NCBI GenBank assembly: GCA_963832615.1
Contig: CAWHVA010000027.1
Coordinates: forward strand, 165,985-229,984
Length of the DNA: 64,000 nucleotides
Source: an uncultured Acidobacteriota bacterium
Lineage (GTDB): Bacteria > Acidobacteriota > Terriglobia > Acidiferrales > UBA7541
Direction: 5' to 3'
The notes below the pieces were generated by a model. That model was not told where the DNA came from, did no database searches, and was given only the letters and a program-made list of their open reading frames with translations. The position numbers were made by a program, and so were the translations under genes. This document shows, piece by piece, positions 50,359 to 60,810 of this stretch. Position 1 is the stretch's first letter. Every line of letters starts with the position of its first letter.

Positions 50359-52908
50359 ATGCGAACACGCCAGGTCATCGTGACGACCGTCGTGGTGTCG
50401 CTACTGACAGGGACGACACACACGGCGCGGAGTGAAGATCCTCCCCGGGACGCGGAGCTTGTTCGCTCCTCAGTCAAGAATGCCGACGCTCCCATTGTCG
50501 AAGAGATTACGTTCGCGGGCCTTCGGCGAATCTCTCCTGAGGCCGTGAAAATGCGTATCGCGTCTCGACCCGGCGAGAGACTTGACGATGAGCAGGCCGC
50601 CCGCGACGTTCGAAAGCTTGCGAGGCTGGGATGGTTCGCTTCGATCCGTGTGAACGTGGAAAGCACGGAGCCCCCGACGGAAGCCTCTGGAGTAGGCCAT
50701 CAGCGCGTGCGTCTAGAGTTTGATCTGCAGGAAAATCCTTTCCTTACCGACGTCCAATACTCCGGTTCGCGCCTGCTCTCACGTGGCCAGATCGATAAGC
50801 TGCTCGAGGAAAAAAAACTGGTTCCAAAGCTGGGTGAACCGGAGAACCCGGTGAACCTGCACCAGATCGCCGGTGCGCTTAAGGCCGCTCTGGCCGACCT
50901 GGGCCATCCAGCGGCACGCGTGGAAATACATCGAGCCGAAACGCCCAGAGCTACGGTGCGCGTGCACTTTGAAATTGCCGACGGCCCGCATGTCGTCGTT
51001 GGGCGAGTGACTTTTCACGGTGATCCGGAAGTCTCCGTGAATTTATTGCAGAGACAAATGCGGGAGACTCGTCCAAACGGATTGTTCGGGAACCTGCTCC
51101 AGAAGAACTCGTACACTCACCCACGGTTTGAAGAAGACCGCGAACGGCTCCTCGCGTACTACCAGAATCATGGCTATCCGGAGGCGCGCATCGGAGACGC
51201 GCGAATCTCGAAGTACGAAGAACGATCTCGGCGGTGGATTCCATGGCCGCGAAAGACGATTGGTGTGCGGCTCGACGTCGAAGTCCCGGTCGAAGCGGGT
51301 CCTTTCTATCGAATCGAATCTGTCAAAGCCAGTGAAGCGATTGCGCAACCAAAGACGACCCGCAACAAGTCGCTGGTGGCTCTGAACGAATCCCTGTCGG
51401 GCCATCCATATTCCGCGCGGGAGATCGAGAACCTTCGGCGAGATTGGCAAGCGAGGACACAGCCAAAGGCGGGCAGAGACAACGCGTCTTTTTTCGAGGT
51501 CGAAGCCGTTCGCACGCTGAATTCAGACGCTCGCACGGTGCGAATCGTGCTGGATCGCAGTCTTACGCCGCCTTACATCGTTCGGCACCTGGAATTCCGA
51601 GGCATTCAGCACTTTCCGGACCGATATTTCCGCAGCCGCATTCTTCTGAAAGAGGGAGCGCCGTTCGACGATCGCTTGTTGGAAGCAGGATTGGCGCGCC
51701 TGGCGAGAGCCGGTTACTTCAAGCCGATCAAGAAGGAAGACATTCACGTAGTGACAGATGAAGCCAGTCATACGGCCGACGTAACGATTCGGGTGGAGGA
51801 ACTCGGGCAGCAACGAGCATTTCTGACCGGAGGCCACGGTCAATTCGGCAGCACGCTCGGAATCGCGTACACGGTGTTCAATCTGCTCGACCGCGAAGAA
51901 TTGCTTTCCTCACGCATCGAAGGAGGGCCGGAAAGCTTACAGTTGGCGATCGGCTTCGCAAAAGAGGGTTTTCTGGGGTCGCGTGGTTCGTTGGCGCTGT
52001 CGGCGTTCAACACATTTCTTCGTCCGCGACTTTCCGGGAGCGTGCGCGGGCCATTTTTCAGGCAGGAGAGCGAAGGCATCGATGCGGCGTACAGCTACAC
52101 GCTGACAAATTCGAATTCCCTCAACATCAAATACGACTTGTCGCGCGCCAAAACACAATATTCGCCAGTGCTGCCCGCTGGCGTAACAGGACTGACGGTG
52201 AGCAACGCGCCTTCGGAAACGTCGAGCCATTCGGCCGGACTCGCATGGACGCACGATACCGGCGATGAACGCATGACTCTCGCGGACTCTGTTTCGGGAG
52301 GCTGGCTGGGTGGCAGTGAGAACCTGGTGCGTTCGAAAACCGAGTATGGACGCGTCCTGCCCGACCGAATTTTCAATCCAACAAACTCCTGGGCTTTTCG
52401 GACGAGTTTCACCGGTGCGGGAAGTTATTCGGGCGCGATGCCTTTTTATTCACGCATCTTTGCCGGGGATGACTTCGTGAGAGGGTTGCGGTCCGGTGAT
52501 CTGGGGCCGGATGCGGTGGTCTCTTCCGTTTCCCCCGCTGGCGCGACGAAATACTCGGCGTCGCCAGCTGGTGCCAATCTGGTAGGCGCTGCGAACGTGG
52601 AGTACCGCGCGAAACTTTCGGACAGTACGGAAGCAGCGGGCTTTTTCGATCTGGGGGCGGGAACGCTGCTGATGAATTGGCTGGGCCCGGTCCGCCCAAC
52701 GCTCGCGAACTCCACAAACGGAATTCTGCATGCATCCACCGGCATTCAACTGCAGTGGACCGTGCCGGGAATCGGCGTTCCCGTGCGCATCTACTACGCG
52801 ATAAACGTGCCGCGGCTGGATCGCTGGCTGCCCATGGCAGACGGATCCTTATTTCACGCGCACGACCGGTTCTCGGCCTTTGGCTGGGCGCTCGGGTCGC
52901 TGTTCTGA
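50359..52908 (+). CDS. Omp85/BamA-family outer membrane protein with POTRA domains
   Basis: Repeated POTRA-like segments (I.F.G.RRIS, V.F.G, YYQNHGY..A.I), FAGDDFVRG, FFDLG, ASTGIQLQW.VP, terminal Phe. Confidence 0.85.
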   Translation: MRTRQVIVTTVVVSLLTGTTHTARSEDPPRDAELVRSSVKNADAPIVEEITFAGLRRISPEAVKMRIASRPGERLDDEQAARDVRKLARLGWFASIRVNVESTEPPTEASGVGHQRVRLEFDLQENPFLTDVQYSGSRLLSRGQIDKLLEEKKLVPKLGEPENPVNLHQIAGALKAALADLGHPAARVEIHRAETPRATVRVHFEIADGPHVVVGRVTFHGDPEVSVNLLQRQMRETRPNGLFGNLLQKNSYTHPRFEEDRERLLAYYQNHGYPEARIGDARISKYEERSRRWIPWPRKTIGVRLDVEVPVEAGPFYRIESVKASEAIAQPKTTRNKSLVALNESLSGHPYSAREIENLRRDWQARTQPKAGRDNASFFEVEAVRTLNSDARTVRIVLDRSLTPPYIVRHLEFRGIQHFPDRYFRSRILLKEGAPFDDRLLEAGLARLARAGYFKPIKKEDIHVVTDEASHTADVTIRVEELGQQRAFLTGGHGQFGSTLGIAYTVFNLLDREELLSSRIEGGPESLQLAIGFAKEGFLGSRGSLALSAFNTFLRPRLSGSVRGPFFRQESEGIDAAYSYTLTNSNSLNIKYDLSRAKTQYSPVLPAGVTGLTVSNAPSETSSHSAGLAWTHDTGDERMTLADSVSGGWLGGSENLVRSKTEYGRVLPDRIFNPTNSWAFRTSFTGAGSYSGAMPFYSRIFAGDDFVRGLRSGDLGPDAVVSSVSPAGATKYSASPAGANLVGAANVEYRAKLSDSTEAAGFFDLGAGTLLMNWLGPVRPTLANSTNGILHASTGIQLQWTVPGIGVPVRIYYAINVPRLDRWLPMADGSLFHAHDRFSAFGWALGSLF

Positions 52909-52946
52909 CTCAGCCGCTGTTACTTGCAAGCTGCTACATTTCTTAC

Positions 52947-52994
52947 GCCGGGCGAAGCCATTCGAAGATTAGGGTAAACAAGCCCCCTCCCTAC
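52947..52994 (-). repeat. ~47-bp GTAG repeat, copy 1
   Basis: Minus strand GTAGGGAGGGGGCTTGTTTACCCTAATCTTCGAATGGCTTCGCCCGGC; matches 59073-59118. Confidence 0.75.
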
Positions 52995-53028
52995 GAAACT
53001 TGAAAATCTGTACTACACTGCAAAGCGT

Positions 53029-53931
53029 ATGAAGGAACGAAAACTGATCGAGGAAGCAACTCGGCTTGCCGAACCCTTTTGCATTACCAAGGGCAGCAAG
53101 TTCCGCCTCAAAGACTTCGACCCCGCGGAAACCAAAGGAGTGAAATCCAAGAAGCACGCCGAGAAACTGATCGAACAGAACAGTGCCTTGGCGAGCGAGA
53201 TGCAAGAGAAGCTCTACGCCCAGGATCGCTGGGCGCTGCTGCTGATCTTTCAAGGGATGGACGCGGCGGGCAAGGACGGCGCCATCAAGCACGTGATGTC
53301 CGGCGTGAATCCACAAGGCTGCGACGTCCATGCGTTTAAGACGCCGACGAGCGACGAACTGGATCATGATTTCCTGTGGCGCTGCCACAATGTGCTGCCC
53401 GAGCGGGGAAAGATCGGGATTTTTAATCGCTCATACTACGAGGAGATGTTGATCGTTCGCGTGCACCCCATGCTGTTGAGAAACGAGCGTCTTCCGGACC
53501 CACTGGTGACAAAGCACATCTGGGCCGAAAGGTACGAGGATATCAACGCCTTCGAGCGGTATTTGACGCGGAACGGGGTGGTGATTCGGAAGTTCTTCTT
53601 TCACATCTCGAAGGAAGAACAGAAGAAGAGGTTTCTGGAGCGTCTGGAAGACTCCCAAAAGAATTGGAAATTTTCGATGGATGACATCAAGGAGCGCGGT
53701 TTCTGGAAAGACTACAGAGAAGTGTATGAGGAGGTGGTTCAGAACACAGCCACAAAGCATGCGCCGTGGTACGTTGTTCCGTCAGACAACAAGTGGTTTA
53801 CGCGACTGGTGGTAGCGTCGGCGATTGTAGAGGCGCTTAGCGAGCTGAATTTGGCGTTTCCGGACGTCGACAAAAAGAAGAAAAAGGAACTCAACGAAAT
53901 ACGCGATACGCTGCTTGCGGAGAAGGACTGA
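53029..53931 (+). CDS. ppk2: Polyphosphate kinase 2 family (class III-like) protein
   Basis: FQGMDAAGKDG, GVNPQG, HDFLWR, FNRSYYEE, KNWKFS..D..ER, APWYVVPSD.KW. Confidence 0.92.
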   Translation: MKERKLIEEATRLAEPFCITKGSKFRLKDFDPAETKGVKSKKHAEKLIEQNSALASEMQEKLYAQDRWALLLIFQGMDAAGKDGAIKHVMSGVNPQGCDVHAFKTPTSDELDHDFLWRCHNVLPERGKIGIFNRSYYEEMLIVRVHPMLLRNERLPDPLVTKHIWAERYEDINAFERYLTRNGVVIRKFFFHISKEEQKKRFLERLEDSQKNWKFSMDDIKERGFWKDYREVYEEVVQNTATKHAPWYVVPSDNKWFTRLVVASAIVEALSELNLAFPDVDKKKKKELNEIRDTLLAEKD

Positions 53932-53986
53932 GCGCACGGCGGCGAGCGGCGCAACTGTTATTGTTTTCGGTGTGGCGGTGTGGCGG

Positions 53987-56900
53987 TTATTTCGGCGAAT
54001 AGTGGTAGCGCAGATCCAGCGGCAGTCGGTCAGAACGCTGCCTGGTGTTGTAGTCCAACTGATACTGTTGATGTTCGGCGTCGGCGGGATAGTCTTTGCC
54101 GGCGGGATAGGGATACGAAAGCGGCGAATGGCGCGGGAGCGGCTCGACCGTAAAGGCATGCGCCGCGTAGAAGTCCAGATCCTTCTCGAAGCCGTCAGCA
54201 TAAAAAAAGTAATCGCGCACCCAGCCCGCCGGCAGTGCCGGGAGATTGCCGCGGATCGAAGTTCAGCTTCACCCCTTCACCGGAACCAAAGACGACAAAA
54301 CGGTCATCCGAGCGGCTCAGCAGATCGTGCACATCGCCGTAACGCGTGTAATTTCCGGCCGCGTGCGCATAGGGACCGGTCATGCTGCGCTGCGTGTAGG
54401 AGTAGGTCGTATCACTCGCGGGCGTGAGCCGGATTTCGCGCGGGTAGCCTAGATAGTCGAGTGCGGCGTTGGCGAGCGGGACTTCCGCGACTCGAACGTC
54501 TTGCGGCTCGGGTGTCTGGTCGATACGAATCGCGTCCCAATAGATTTTCAGATTGTTGACGATGCGGATGCGCCGCGTGCCCGGCGGGAGTTTGCCGGTC
54601 AGGTCCGTCACCATCGTGCGTTCGAGACCAGCAGGGAAACCCATGTCATCAACCACACGGATCCATTTTCCGTTTGCGTCCTGGGCCTCGACGTAAGGCG
54701 CAATCACTTTGATGCCGGCCTGATCGGCGGAATACATGGAGGTCGCGGTGAAATAGTCGGTGTACCCGTCGAGGATCAAGCGCAGTGGCTTGTTCGCGTC
54801 CCAAGCGCCCAGATCGAGCTCAAGATAGTGAAGTTTGGCGAAGCCGGCGAAGGGCAGCTCTTCAAAGCTGGTGACGTACTTGCGATCGCGCTTCGCGATC
54901 AGCGGCAGAACGTCGTTGCCACTGTCGTCCCACGCGCCCGCAGGCGGATGAGCATCTTCGCTGGCGATCACGCGGAATTCCGGAAACGGCGGGGCGCTGA
55001 CAAATCGCTCATTCGGGTAAACGTCGTAGGTCGCCGGGATGATCGATCGCCAGAAGACGAACCTGATCGAGATAGACGGTTTCTTCCATCGGCTCCATGA
55101 AGCGGAAACTGAGGAGACCATTGCGAGGGCGGACACTGCGCGCATCGACCTTCAAATATTCGTCCGGATCGGGAACATCGCGTTCACCCGGTGCGACCCA
55201 ATGGCCGACAACGCCAGGACCAATCATGTCCGCGATGAATTCAAATTCGCGGCCGTTCCATGAAAATAGAACCGGGCAGGAGCTGCCCCGGCGATCTAAC
55301 TCGGCAATGCTTTGCTCCTTTTTCGCCGCGAGATTGATTTCGTCCTGGGGCACGCCGGTGGGCCACAACAGTCGCAGGACTTCGCGTTTTTCTCCGTATC
55401 CAGACCGCGAGAATCGACGGAGCGTTTTGCCCCAGATAGCCGGAGGCTCCCGCCACTTCCCACTTTTGATAGAGGGCTCCCGCGTACAGTTCAACTTTCG
55501 TGCCAATCGCGCTCTTGTTGTCGTTGAGCGCTTTCAGGTCGATGCGCATCCACGCGTGTTGATTGGCGCCTTCGCTGCGCAAGCAAAAGCGGAGCGCCGC
55601 CCAGCTGCGTGACGATCAGATCGGGATTGCCGTCGCCCGCAACATCAGCAACCGCAATAGCGCGAGGTTGCGTCAGCTTCACCGCATCGAGATGCACATC
55701 TTTCGTTACGTCGGCCCAACCGCTGGTGCCGAGATTCCGGAGCAAGCGCAGCTCTCCGCCGCTGGCGGTCTCCCCGACCGCGACGAGATCGAGCCAGCCA
55801 TCATTGTCGTAATCAATCGCGGAGATTCCCCACCCGCGCTCCCAGGGAACATCGGGCAATTTCACGCGCTCAAGGCGTTTCCCTCGATGTTGCGCCACAA
55901 ACTAATACCAGGTGCGCCGGCATGCGTGAATGCCAAATCCATCCAGCCGTCTTTGTCGAAGTCGAAAGCCATCACACCGACCGCGGGAGGCAGGTTTTCT
56001 TTTTTGAAATCGATGGCGGCCGACGGCAGTGAATCTTCCCTTCGCGCGGATTCAAATAGATCGAAGCGCCGGCCGAACCTCCGGCAAACACAAAATCGAT
56101 AGCGCGATCATTGTTGAAATCGGTAGTGACCAGCCCCGCGCCGGTAGCGTCGAAATTGAGCGCAGTCTGTTCGGAAACATCAGTAAAAGTGCTGTTGCCG
56201 TTGTTGCGCCAGAGCACATTGTGGGCTGTCGTCGCGTGAAGCGGCGGTGGTGGGCAGAGATGTCACATACAAGTCCAGGTCGCCATCGTGATCGTAGTCC
56301 ACGAACGTGACGCCAACGCAGCCCTTTTCGCGCCGGATACCGACGGCTCTGCGTGACATCCGCGAATTTGCCGTCGCCTTATATTTCGCAGCAGATGGAT
56401 GCCGTCGCTCAGGCAAACCGCGAGATCGGTGTGGCCATCGTTGTCGAAATCCCCGGCGGCACAGCCCAGACCGCTGCCTCGTAGATCGAGCCCTGCCGCC
56501 ATCGTGACATCCGCGAAGCGCCCACCGCCGAGATTGTGGAGCAATCGGCTCGTTCCATCAGCCGTCGCGCTTACCAGGAAGAGATCGGGCTTGCCGTCGC
56601 CGTCGTAATCGATGAAGCAGGCTCCCGCACTTGGACCCAGCGGTGCGGCTCCGCCGCTTGCGGGAGTTGCGACGACGGGCTGCTCCTTGAACGTGACCTT
56701 GATCGCGGCGGGGCGGACGCTATCGGGCTGCGCGCGAGTTCCGCGAGCGAATAGCGGCCTTGATCTCCATAGCCCGCACCAAAGGGCGTACCCAAATGTT
56801 CGGTGGTGATTTTCTGAAAGCGGGCAAGGTGCTCGCGCGCGGCAGCCGCGTCGCCTTTGCGTTGATACGCGCGCGCAAGGCCGAACTCGGCCGACGCATG

Positions 56901-57464
56901 AAACGGGTAGGCAGCGAGCGCTTTCTGAAAAGCGGCGACGGCTTCGTCGTAATGTTGCGCTTGAGACTGCAAATAACCGACAAAATAGAAACCGTCCGCT
57001 TCGGGCGTAAGCTCGGTGACGTGCTGGAAAGCAGCAATGCCTTTTTCGATTTCGCTCGAATCTTTATATACAAGTCCGAGGTTATACCAGGCGTACGGAT
57101 CTTGCGGAAGCTGGCGGGCAGCTTCCTCAAGCGCGGCGCGGGCCGCCTCGAGTTTCTGCTGACTGAGAAGCGCCACGCCGAGGTTGAGGCGAGCCACGGC
57201 GAACTTTGGATCGGCGGCCAGCGCCTGCTCGAATTTCTTCTGAGCATCAGCAAATTTCTGCTGATTCATATACGCAACGCCCAGCGTATTGAACCGCAGC
57301 GCGTCCGTCGCGCCGGCGGCGTTGTTCTGTGCGGCGGCTGATTTCGTAGCGGGTGCTTCCTGAGCGCGCGCGGATCGGGAGCGCAACGCGAGCGTGACGA
57401 CCGCGCAAATCGATAGAATGCTGGCGATCACGAACAAACTCGTGCGCGGATTGTATCTTGGCAT
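53987..57464 (-). CDS. TPR + FG-GAP repeat + ASPIC/UnbV (CRTAC1-like) secreted protein, multiple frameshifts
   Basis: Consecutive fragments give TPRs, repeated D(F/Y)DND..DL motifs, NKSAIGTKVE...LWPTGVPQDE (ASPIC/UnbV), SSCPVLFSWNG, DMGFPAG; at least 6 frame changes. Confidence 0.85.
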
Positions 57465-57652
57465 CAGATATGTCTTTCTTTGGTCGCGAAACTCTCTTTC
57501 GTCGAACCGGCGCTTCACGGCGCTCCGGCGACAAAGTACCTTTTTGATTCTCCCGGCTCCCTGCGGCACCGTCAATTGTTTTCGCTGAATTCGCTCTATC
57601 TGCGAGAATTGACCGCCGAAGTTTCGAGATGGAGATTCACGAAGCAAAATCT

Positions 57653-59171
57653 ATGAACTTTTCTCCCTTTTCGACAATTTCAGACGTTACGGCGGCAATT
57701 CGTACGCGTGCGATTTCAGCCACGGAACTTGTCGAGGCGACGCTCGAACGAATTTCCATGCTCGACCCGAAGTTGCGCGCATTTGCGCACCTCGACGCGC
57801 AAGGTGCCAGGGTGCAAGCGCGAAAGGCGGACTCCGCGATAACGCGCGAACGACGCGCTCGGCTCGCTCCACGGCGTGCCGGTCACGATCAAGGGCAACA
57901 TCGACGTAGCAGGATTGCCTTGCCCGGCGGGCTCGCTGCTCCGCAAGGACTACGTGCCGCAACACGATGCGCCGCTGGTCGCTCGCCTGCGTGCGGCCGG
58001 CGCGATCATCCTCGGCAATACCAATACCCCCGAATTCCTGATGGCCTATGAAAGCGACAATCTGCTGATCGGAAAAACCAGCAATCCTTGGGATCTCTCG
58101 CGAACCCCGGCGGATCCAGCGGCGGCGAAGTAGCTGCGATCGCCTCGGGTTGCTCGTTCGGCGGAGTCGGAAGCGATGGCGGCGGCTCCATCCGCGTTCC
58201 AGCACATTTTTCGGGCATTTGTGGATTAAAGCCCACTCCGGGTCGCGTGCCATCCACCGGACATTTTCCGCCGGGCGCAGGCTTGCTTTCCTGGCTCGGC
58301 GTCGTAGGGCCGATGGCGCGAACAATCGCCGATGTCCGCGCTTTGTTCGAAGTATTGGCCGGACCCGATCCCGGCGACGCCCTGTCAGCGCCGGTGCCGC
58401 TTTCGAACATTGATGGTAACACGCAGTTGAAAGACCTGCGCATCGGTCTGCTGGAGAGCAGCGCGCTTCCCAAAGCTTCGCCGGAAACAGAGGCCGCAGT
58501 ACGAAAAGGCGGCGGCCCTCTTGGCGGACCAGGGATTTTCCGTCGAACCATTTCAACTCTCGGGACTCGACCGCGCCCTCGAAATCTGGTGGTTTTTCTT
58601 CGGGCCGGTCGTCGCGCATCTGTTCGCTCCAACGGTTGAAGGCCACGAAGAACAACTCAGCCCGATCCTCCGCGAGTATCTCTCCTACGCCGCGCCTGAG
58701 AACCCCATTACGCTCGACGCGCTCTTTTCAGCCTGCGCCGCTCGCGATAACGTCCGCGCTGAAATCCTCAGACAGTTGCAGGATGTCCCCATCCTGCTCT
58801 CCCCGGTTTCCTCGTCCCCCGCATTTCGTCACGGCGAAGGAACGTATCGCCCGGATTCCCCGCACTGCTATCGCACATCCATGCGCCATTCGCAGTGGCT
58901 AAACCTTGCAGGTTGCCCAGGCGCCTCCGTTCCCGTCGGAGTGTCGCCGGAAGGTTTGCCCATCGGAGTGCAAGTGATTGGACGCCCGCACGAAGAGGAA
59001 CTGGTCCTGGCCGTCGCGGAGTGCATCGAACGGGCCCGCGGCCCCTGGCAAGCCCCGCCCTTAGAGTTCCGTGTAGGGGCGGGGCTGTTTACCCTGATCT
59101 TCGAAGGGCCCGCCCGGCCGTCGCGTCTTGGCACAATCTGCGGCCCAAAAAGCAACCGACGCCCCGAATGA
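57653..59171 (+). CDS. Amidase signature family enzyme, frameshifted
   Basis: [50 protein letters not shown]; frameshifts near 57850, 58105, 58510; true stop may be near 59065. Confidence 0.85.
59073..59118 (+). repeat. ~47-bp GTAG repeat, copy 2
   Basis: GTAGGGGCGGGGCTGTTTACCCTGATCTTCGAAGGGCCCGCCCGGC. Confidence 0.75.
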
Positions 59172-59214
59172 ACTCGCCTGGTCGCGCGCATCCACCAACC
59201 TCAAAGCCCCGCCA

Positions 59215-60530
59215 CTATTGCGGTGGCTGCGCCAACTCCGGATTCCTCACGCGGTCTTCGTCCATCGCACCGGGCTCTTTTTCCTTGTCGTGCGAGGTAT
59301 CGATCAGCTTCTTTGCTGCGATCATCTCCTTCTGCGCTTCTTCGCGTCGTCCCAGCTTCATCAGAATGCGCCCGCGCATGAAGTGAACGTTCTGGCTGTC
59401 CGGCGCCAGACGCACCGCTCGATCAATCTCCGGCAGCGCCTGTTGATATTTATCCTGCCGGACGTGGATCTTAGCCAATCCGAATAGCGACCCCGGCATC
59501 CGCGGGTTATGCCGCAACGCCTCCTCAAATTCCTTTTCGGCTTCCGTCATCCTTTCCTACCTTCAAATAAAACTCGCCAAGCTGCTCGTAAATGTCAGCC
59601 GAACCCGGCTCAACCGCGATCTCTTTGCGAAATTCCGCTTCCGCACGTTCGTTGTCATTGGTGCGCATATAGGCGATCCCGAGCCCAAAATGCAGGAACG
59701 GCATGTCCGGATTCACGCTCTCGGCACGCTGCAATTCCACGATGGCTTTGTCGGGTTCCTCACGGTTCAGATACGCCTTGCCCAGAATGAGATGAAATTC
59801 CGGATTGTCGCGGCCTACGTCCACCAAACGCGCGAGCGCCTTCTCATCGAGTTCTTTCTGACCAGCATTGTGCGCGGCAATTCCCAGAACATAGAGGTAC
59901 ATGAAATTATCGGACGCCTGCGGCCACAGCGGTTCCAACACGGAAACTGCCTCGGCGTAATGCACGGTGAAGACATAGCAAAGGCCCAGCAAATACCGCG
60001 CCTGGAACGAGTTCGGTTGGTCTCGAACCACAGACGCCAGCGGCGCCACCGCTCCCGGATAATCGCCGCGCCGATATTTCACCAGCCCGATGTTCAGCCG
60101 GATTCCCGGCAGGCCGGTTCGAGTTTTTCCGCTTTCTGCAGCAAGCTTCAGCGCGCGATCCCAATCTTTGCGGCGCATAGCGATGACCCCGAGGTTCGAA
60201 TACGCCGCCGCAGCCGTGGGATCCGCGGCAAGTCACGTCCCGAAAGCCGCTTCCGCACCATCCAGGTCGCCTCGTTGCAACGCAGCTTGCCCTTGGCGAA
60301 CGAAGCCTTCGGCATCGACGTGCGCGCTCGCTGCCGAGGATGCGGCACTTCCTGCGTTCCGTCTGGCGAGCCCGGACCGAATCGGACCCCGCGTTGCCGC
60401 TCCCGACCGCAGTCACTCGCCAGCGGCAGCCAGGCAAATGCAGAAGCGCCAGTCCTCTGGAAGTCATCGAATTCATCCGACGTAGTGTCCAGCGGCGACA
60501 CCTCGAATTCAAGCTGCGCCTCGCAATGCT
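59215..60530 (-). CDS. Tetratricopeptide repeat protein, multiple frameshifts
   Basis: Serial TPRs (RLNIGL..Y, ARYLLGLCY, FHLILGKAY, LHFGLGIAY, VHFMRGRIL) over ORFs 59525-60178 and 59215-59550; start uncertain. Confidence 0.75.
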
Positions 60531-60616
60531 AAGGCCGTTTTTCCCCGATTAGCCCCGATCGCGCCAATTCGCCCTCCCCTCATTATCCTAATTGAGACCG
60601 ATGCAAAAAATCCCTC

Positions 60617-60645
60617 TTGACAACAACGCAATAATGCCATATTAA
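60617..60645 (+). promoter_or_regulatory. Possible sigma70 promoter of the TonB receptor gene
   Basis: TTGACA at 60617 followed by TGCCATATTAA in an AT-rich stretch. Confidence 0.45.
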
Positions 60646-60810
60646 CTCGTTTTAATAACCGTCTGGTGCTTGGGTATACCCGTCGAGTGGTGGGGGCTTT
60701 CCGAATGAGTGGTATCCGGCGAGTGGCGAAGCACTATTTCGCGAAATCGCAGAACCAGTCTTCCCTCACGTTTCCGAGCTTTCAATCTAAGACTCTCCGG
60801 AGGTACTAAA

